Under the pieces are notes generated by a model that saw only the letters and a list, made by a program, of their open reading frames with translations, did not search any database and was not told where the DNA came from. A stretch of DNA of 63,536 bases, the filler included, from Dehalococcoidia bacterium (GTDB taxonomy: Bacteria; Chloroflexota; Dehalococcoidia; DSTF01; JACRBR01): the NCBI GenBank assembly GCA_041494685.1. It is 3 parts of 3 records of this genome, joined end to end, with 100 filler letters (N's around TTAATTAATTAA, not from the genome) between each part and the next. Parts side by side here need not be neighbours in the genome. Positions count along the whole stretch, not along the records: positions 51,425 to 63,536 come from JBGQBE010000064.1; 2 more parts are not named here. The stretch is one strand, 5' to 3'. The position numbers and the translations under genes are program-made. Positions 59,244 to 63,536 of the stretch are shown here, in pieces; position 1 is the stretch's first letter, and each line of letters opens with the position of its first letter.

Positions 59244-60260
59244 ATGAAGATTGAACTGCAACCGTTCGACCGTGACCGCCACATCGACATCGCCGCGACG
59301 CTGCTGGCCGAGCGGCACCAGCGCGACCGTCTCCGCGAGCCGATGTTCCCGCAGGCGTTCGAGGATCCGGCCGTGTGCCGCCCGATCATCGAGCACGCGT
59401 TCGAAGCGCCGGGCTGGGGCGGTGTCGTGGCGTACGCCGGCGGCACGCCGGCGGGGTTCGCGATCGTGACGGTGCTGGACACGCCGGCGACGCACCTGCT
59501 CGCGAACTTCTTCCCGCCGCGGGCCGCCTCGCTGGGCTATCCGAACCACGCGGCGCGCGACGGCATGGAGTACGACGTGTACCGCGCGATGTTCGCGGAG
59601 TTGGCGGCGCAGTTCGTCGAGCGGGGGTATTTCGAATTCGGGATCAACATCCCGGCGGCGGACCTGATGTCTCGCGAGGCGTGGGCGTCGCTGGGCTTCG
59701 GGCGCGTCATGACGTGCGCGATCCGCGGCGTCGGCCCGACGGAGCGCGCGGCTGCGCCGGGCATCGAACTGCACCAGTCGGCGGCGGAGGACGCGGACGT
59801 GATCTTCCAGCTCGGCGAGGAACTGACGATCCACCACGCGCGCTCGCCGATCTTCAACCCGTACATGCGCGAGTCCGACACGGCGAGCCACGACTTCCAG
59901 AAGGGGCTGCTCGGGGATCCGAACGCGAACGCGCACTGGGTGGCGTACGAGGCCGGCCGCCCCGTCGGGATGAACACGTTCATGCAGCCGTTCTTCCTGT
60001 CGCCGCTGACGGTGCCGGAGAAGACGATCTACCTGTTCCAGGGCATCGTGACGGAGGACGTACGTGCGGGCGGCGTCGGCACGGCGGTGCTGGCGCGCGG
60101 CGTGGCGTGGGCGCGAGAGCAGGGCTATGAGCACGTGGCGCTGCACTTCGCGTCGGCGAACGTGCCGGGCGCGAAGTTCTGGCAGAGCAGCGGCTTTCAC
60201 CCCGTCGAGCACGGCATGCGCCGCCACATCGACGAGCGCATCGCGTGGGCGAATCGGTAG
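59244..60260 (+). CDS. GNAT family N-acetyltransferase (probably tandem domain)
   Basis: C-terminal VRAGGVGTAVL, NVPGAKFWQSSGF; N-half ends with the echo EAWASLGF. Confidence 0.8.
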   Translation: MKIELQPFDRDRHIDIAATLLAERHQRDRLREPMFPQAFEDPAVCRPIIEHAFEAPGWGGVVAYAGGTPAGFAIVTVLDTPATHLLANFFPPRAASLGYPNHAARDGMEYDVYRAMFAELAAQFVERGYFEFGINIPAADLMSREAWASLGFGRVMTCAIRGVGPTERAAAPGIELHQSAAEDADVIFQLGEELTIHHARSPIFNPYMRESDTASHDFQKGLLGDPNANAHWVAYEAGRPVGMNTFMQPFFLSPLTVPEKTIYLFQGIVTEDVRAGGVGTAVLARGVAWAREQGYEHVALHFASANVPGAKFWQSSGFHPVEHGMRRHIDERIAWANR

Positions 60261-60476
60261 TCGGTCGTCGGCGGTTGGTGGTGCGCCGCGGCGCGGACCA
60301 GCGGACCAACTGAAGGCCTACCGAATGCAGAACGTGACGGACTCGCTCCCGAACTCCTACCGCGATACTCAGGCTTACGCCAACAATACCCGCCCCGTAC
60401 GATCGGTCATGAGCACGCAGGCCCGACACGCTTCCCGGACGCGCGGGGGCCGCCGCGCACGAGCGCGGGGACGCCG

Positions 60477-61235
60477 TTGACGGCCGTCGAGTACATCCTG
60501 GTTGGCGCGCTGATCGGTTTGCTGTCCGGCCTGTTTGGTGTCGGAGGCAGCAGCGTCAGCACGCCGGTTCTTCGCCTCGCGCTGCGTGTGGCACCGCTTA
60601 CGGCGCTCGCGACGCCGCTGCCCGTGACGCTTCCGGCGGCTGTCGCCGGCGGCTACGTGTACGCTCGCAGTGGTTACGTCCGCTGGCGCGTCGCGCTCGT
60701 GTGCGGAGGAGCCGGCATCCCGGCAGTCGTGCTTGGCGCGCTCGCGACGAGTGTCGTGCACGGTTCGATTCTGCTCATCCTCACGGGCGCGTTTGTTGCG
60801 GCCCTGGGAATTCGACTGCTGGTCGCCGCTCCGCTGAAAGCATCTCCGCCCGCGGAATCCAAGGCGCCGCTTGCGACGGTGGCAACCATAGGCGTCGTCG
60901 TGGGCTTCTTGTCGGGCCTCCTCGCCAACGGCGGCGGGTTTCTGCTCGTGCCGGCATTCGTGCTCGTGCTCCGCATGACGCCACGGGAGGCGGCCGCAAC
61001 GTCCCTGGTGACGATCGTTGCATTCGCGGTTCCCGGAACGGTCGTGCACTGGGCGCTCGGTCACATCGACATCCGGCTCATGCTCCTCTTGTCGGCTGGC
61101 GTGATCCCGACGTCATACCTGGGCGGGCGCATTGGCGTATTGCTCAAACCACGAGTGTCGCGGCTGGCGTTCGGCGGATTCCTCACCGTGTTTGGCATCG
61201 TCTTTCTCCTGCGTGAGGCCTACCTGCTGCTGTGA
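60477..61235 (+). CDS. Sulfite exporter TauE/SafE (TSUP) family protein
   Basis: SGLFGVGG, GFLSGLLANGGG, AAATSL. Confidence 0.88.
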   Translation: MTAVEYILVGALIGLLSGLFGVGGSSVSTPVLRLALRVAPLTALATPLPVTLPAAVAGGYVYARSGYVRWRVALVCGGAGIPAVVLGALATSVVHGSILLILTGAFVAALGIRLLVAAPLKASPPAESKAPLATVATIGVVVGFLSGLLANGGGFLLVPAFVLVLRMTPREAAATSLVTIVAFAVPGTVVHWALGHIDIRLMLLLSAGVIPTSYLGGRIGVLLKPRVSRLAFGGFLTVFGIVFLLREAYLLL

Positions 61236-61296
61236 TGGCCGGGGCGGACTATGCCGCGGGGGAGCTTTACGCTTACCATCCGTCGGAGGTGCGCCG

Positions 61297-62130
61297 TTGT
61301 CGTGGCTTGAACTGCTGCTCATCCCGCTGGGCTTCGCCGTCGGCGCATTCGGCACGCTCGTCGGGGCGGGCGGGGGCTTCGTGCTCGTGCCGGTGCTGCT
61401 GCTCCTCTATCCGCACGAGAACGCGGCCAGCATCACGTCGATCTCGCTGCTGGTCGTCTTCTTCAACGCCACGTCGGGCTCGATCGCCTATGCGCGCCTG
61501 CGCCGCATCGACTACTTCACGGGCCTGATCTTCGCCGCGGCTGCGACGCCGGGGGCGATCGTCGGTGCGTATCTCGTGGGCGCGGTGCCGCGACAGACGT
61601 TCGACGTGCTGTTCGGGGTCATCCTGCTGCTGCTGGCGGCGTATACGGCGTGGGCGGCAGGGCGGACCGCCGCGATCCGCGCGCCTATGCGGGGGCGCAG
61701 CGTCGTGACGCGCGTGATGCCGGGCGCAGAAGAAGGCGAGGTCTTCCGCTACGCCTACAACCTGCCGCAGGGGATCGCCTACAGCGCGGGTGTGGGCTTC
61801 ATCAGCAGCCTCCTTGGCATCGGCGGCGGGGTGATCCACGTGCCGATCATGATCACGCTGCTGCGCTTCCCGGTGCACGTCGCGGTGGCGACGTCGCACT
61901 TTGTCCTCGCCTTGATCTCGATCTCGGGCGTCGCGGTGCACCGCTCGAACGGCGACCTCGCCGGAGCGAGCCTCGGGCGGGCGCTGCTGCTTGCGGGGGG
62001 TGTGGTGCCGGGCGCCCAGGTCGGCGCGCGGCTGGCGCAGCGGGTGCACGGGCCGACGATCGTGCGGTTGCTGGCGATGGCGCTGGTGGCGCTCGGCGTG
62101 CGGCTGATCTTCGCGGGGACGATCGGGTAG
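61297..62130 (+). CDS. Sulfite exporter TauE/SafE (TSUP) family protein
   Basis: GTLVGAGGGFVLVP, SSLLGIGGG, AVATSH; TTG after GGAGG. Confidence 0.9.
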   Translation: MSWLELLLIPLGFAVGAFGTLVGAGGGFVLVPVLLLLYPHENAASITSISLLVVFFNATSGSIAYARLRRIDYFTGLIFAAAATPGAIVGAYLVGAVPRQTFDVLFGVILLLLAAYTAWAAGRTAAIRAPMRGRSVVTRVMPGAEEGEVFRYAYNLPQGIAYSAGVGFISSLLGIGGGVIHVPIMITLLRFPVHVAVATSHFVLALISISGVAVHRSNGDLAGASLGRALLLAGGVVPGAQVGARLAQRVHGPTIVRLLAMALVALGVRLIFAGTIG

Positions 62131-62136
62131 GGTGGG

Positions 62137-62192
62137 GCTAGCGGTTAGCTGTTAGCTAAGAGCCACGAGCCAGCCGCTAACGACTAACAGCT
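62137..62192. repeat. Heptamer repeats forming a hairpin between convergent genes
   Basis: GCTAGCG GTTAGCT GTTAGCT ... AGCCGCT AACGACT AACAGCT. Confidence 0.75.
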
Positions 62193-63329
62193 CTATCCCG
62201 CTTTGGCGGGGGCGGTGGACGGCGCTTGGGCGCCCTCGGTGTCGTACTTGGCGAAGAGGTGGCCCCAGGGCGACTCCTCGCGCCAGCGCTCGTAGATCCT
62301 CTTCTCCTTGAGCGGCCAGTGGTAGTAGTCGTGGAAGGCCTCGCTGAAGAGGTTGGCCACGTTGACCAGCGGCGTGTGGAGGACGGGCTTCTGGAGGATG
62401 CGCGTGGGGCCGTACCAGGCGAGCCAGCCCATGAAGCTGTGGATGTGGCCGCCGACCTTGAAGCCCCACGATTCCTGCGCCAGTTCCGTGTCGCCGACGA
62501 TCTCGATCTCGGCCGGGTCGCCGACGCCGAGGCCCTGTTCGTGGGCGATGCGGATGTAGTCGATCGTCATCGGGTCGAAGCCCATCATCTTCGCCGCGAC
62601 GGAGTCGATGGCCGTCTGGTCGCCGGAGGCGAGGATGACGTTCTTCGTCGTCGGGTACATGATGCGCGGGCCGGGGCCGTTGCCGGCGGTGGAGCCGTCC
62701 ATCATGGCGAAGATGCCGCTGTGGATCTCCTTCTGGATCGCCAGCAGGTCCACCAGCGTCTCGTGGATGTGGCTGTGGGTGTAGTGGCGGTTCGTGCTGA
62801 GCAGGCCGCCGAACGCGTTCTTCATGGCGCCGGTGGTGGTGGTGTAGATGTGGCACTTCATGGTCGGGAGGTGGACGATGTTCTTCCCGTGGAAGTAGTT
62901 GGGGATCTTGATGCCGCCCGGGAAGATCTTGTCGAGCACCAGCATCTTCCGCTTGGGCTGGTAGATCTCCCACTGCATGTCGGTCTCGCGGAAGTTGAAC
63001 TTCACCGGGACCTCGTGCCGCTTGAACACCGCCAGGTATTTGTTCTCGTCCTCGCCCTTGAAGGCGTCGGTGACGACGGTCTTGTTCTGGACGCAGACGA
63101 GGTCCTCGTACCCCGCTTTGCGCAGACCGACGACCGAACCCTCAAGCTGCCAGGGCGTCGTATTGGCGGATGGGAACGGGTAGTGCCAGGAGATGTTGTC
63201 CTTGATGATGGTGGTGGCGGAGGGGTCGAGGTACTGCTTGACGTCTGCCAGGTGCATGAGCCGCTCGTAGTCGTCGATGGCGGTCTCGGGCTTCGTGCGC
63301 AGGACGGCGACCTTCGCTCTGGTGGACAT
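62193..63329 (-). CDS. DUF362 domain protein
   Basis: KDNISWH, LPTMKCH, TTGAMKNAFG, DGSTAG.GPGP, AIDSVAAKMMG. Confidence 0.85.
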   Translation of the reverse strand: MSTRAKVAVLRTKPETAIDDYERLMHLADVKQYLDPSATTIIKDNISWHYPFPSANTTPWQLEGSVVGLRKAGYEDLVCVQNKTVVTDAFKGEDENKYLAVFKRHEVPVKFNFRETDMQWEIYQPKRKMLVLDKIFPGGIKIPNYFHGKNIVHLPTMKCHIYTTTTGAMKNAFGGLLSTNRHYTHSHIHETLVDLLAIQKEIHSGIFAMMDGSTAGNGPGPRIMYPTTKNVILASGDQTAIDSVAAKMMGFDPMTIDYIRIAHEQGLGVGDPAEIEIVGDTELAQESWGFKVGGHIHSFMGWLAWYGPTRILQKPVLHTPLVNVANLFSEAFHDYYHWPLKEKRIYERWREESPWGHLFAKYDTEGAQAPSTAPAKAG

Positions 63330-63536
63330 AAGGGGAACACCTCCGGTGCGTTCGGCTCTCGGTTGCCTGCTAGAGGATAGTATCGGCGCGCGTGGCGACG
63401 GTCCCACCGCATCGTGGCAGGTCGAACCTGCTGATATCGTGCGGGAAGGATAGCAAATGCGGGCGGGGCAAATGATGCGGCCAGCGCATCGGCGGGCGGT
63501 CGCGCGAAGGGGGCCAGCGGCGTGGCGGAGCAATAC

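Noticed and set aside
60300..60476. Possible tmRNA (ANNTR... resembles a tag start)
   Set aside because: No tRNA-like 5'/3' ends and the frame does not end in an ALAA-type stop.

Overview
High-GC bacterial sequence, most consistent with Chloroflexota (Dehalococcoidia-like; inferred from gene content and sortase-type signals, not demonstrated). It is three contigs joined by artificial 100-nt N/TTAATTAATTAA/N linkers (25734-25833, 51325-51424), so adjacency across them is meaningless. Contig 1 carries a pentose-phosphate operon (tkt-rpiB-tal-pgi-gnd-zwf-opcA), yggS-proC-yggT, a two-component system, acyl-CoA/PHA-type genes (DUF35 plus thiolase-like pair, MaoC, PHB-depolymerase-like esterase, methylmalonyl-CoA mutase, PhaB), ruvA and an IS481 end. 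Contig 2 carries malic enzyme, a P450, oxidoreductases, NfeD, an MFS, a his operon and pur genes. Contig 3 carries a truncated DNA methyltransferase, UbiA, an acyl-CoA carboxylase, a TrpD2/YbiB-like gene, an amidase, a GNAT, two TauE exporters and DUF362. The strongest candidate for an undescribed system is a non-coding array of four 30-bp repeats with exact 52-bp period (22-bp GC-rich spacers, 18623-18809), directly downstream of an uncharacterised 171-aa 'GPxTxEGK...WRLRR' protein gene. Also notable: a PD-(D/E)xK-like domain fused to HPRT, an internally duplicated HisG, a Zn-phospholipase-C-family gene inside the his operon (candidate histidinol phosphatase), a low-GC cassette bounded by REP-like ends, and several families of short intergenic repeats. 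No rRNA, tRNA or cas genes were seen. All family calls are from motif recognition, not database searches.
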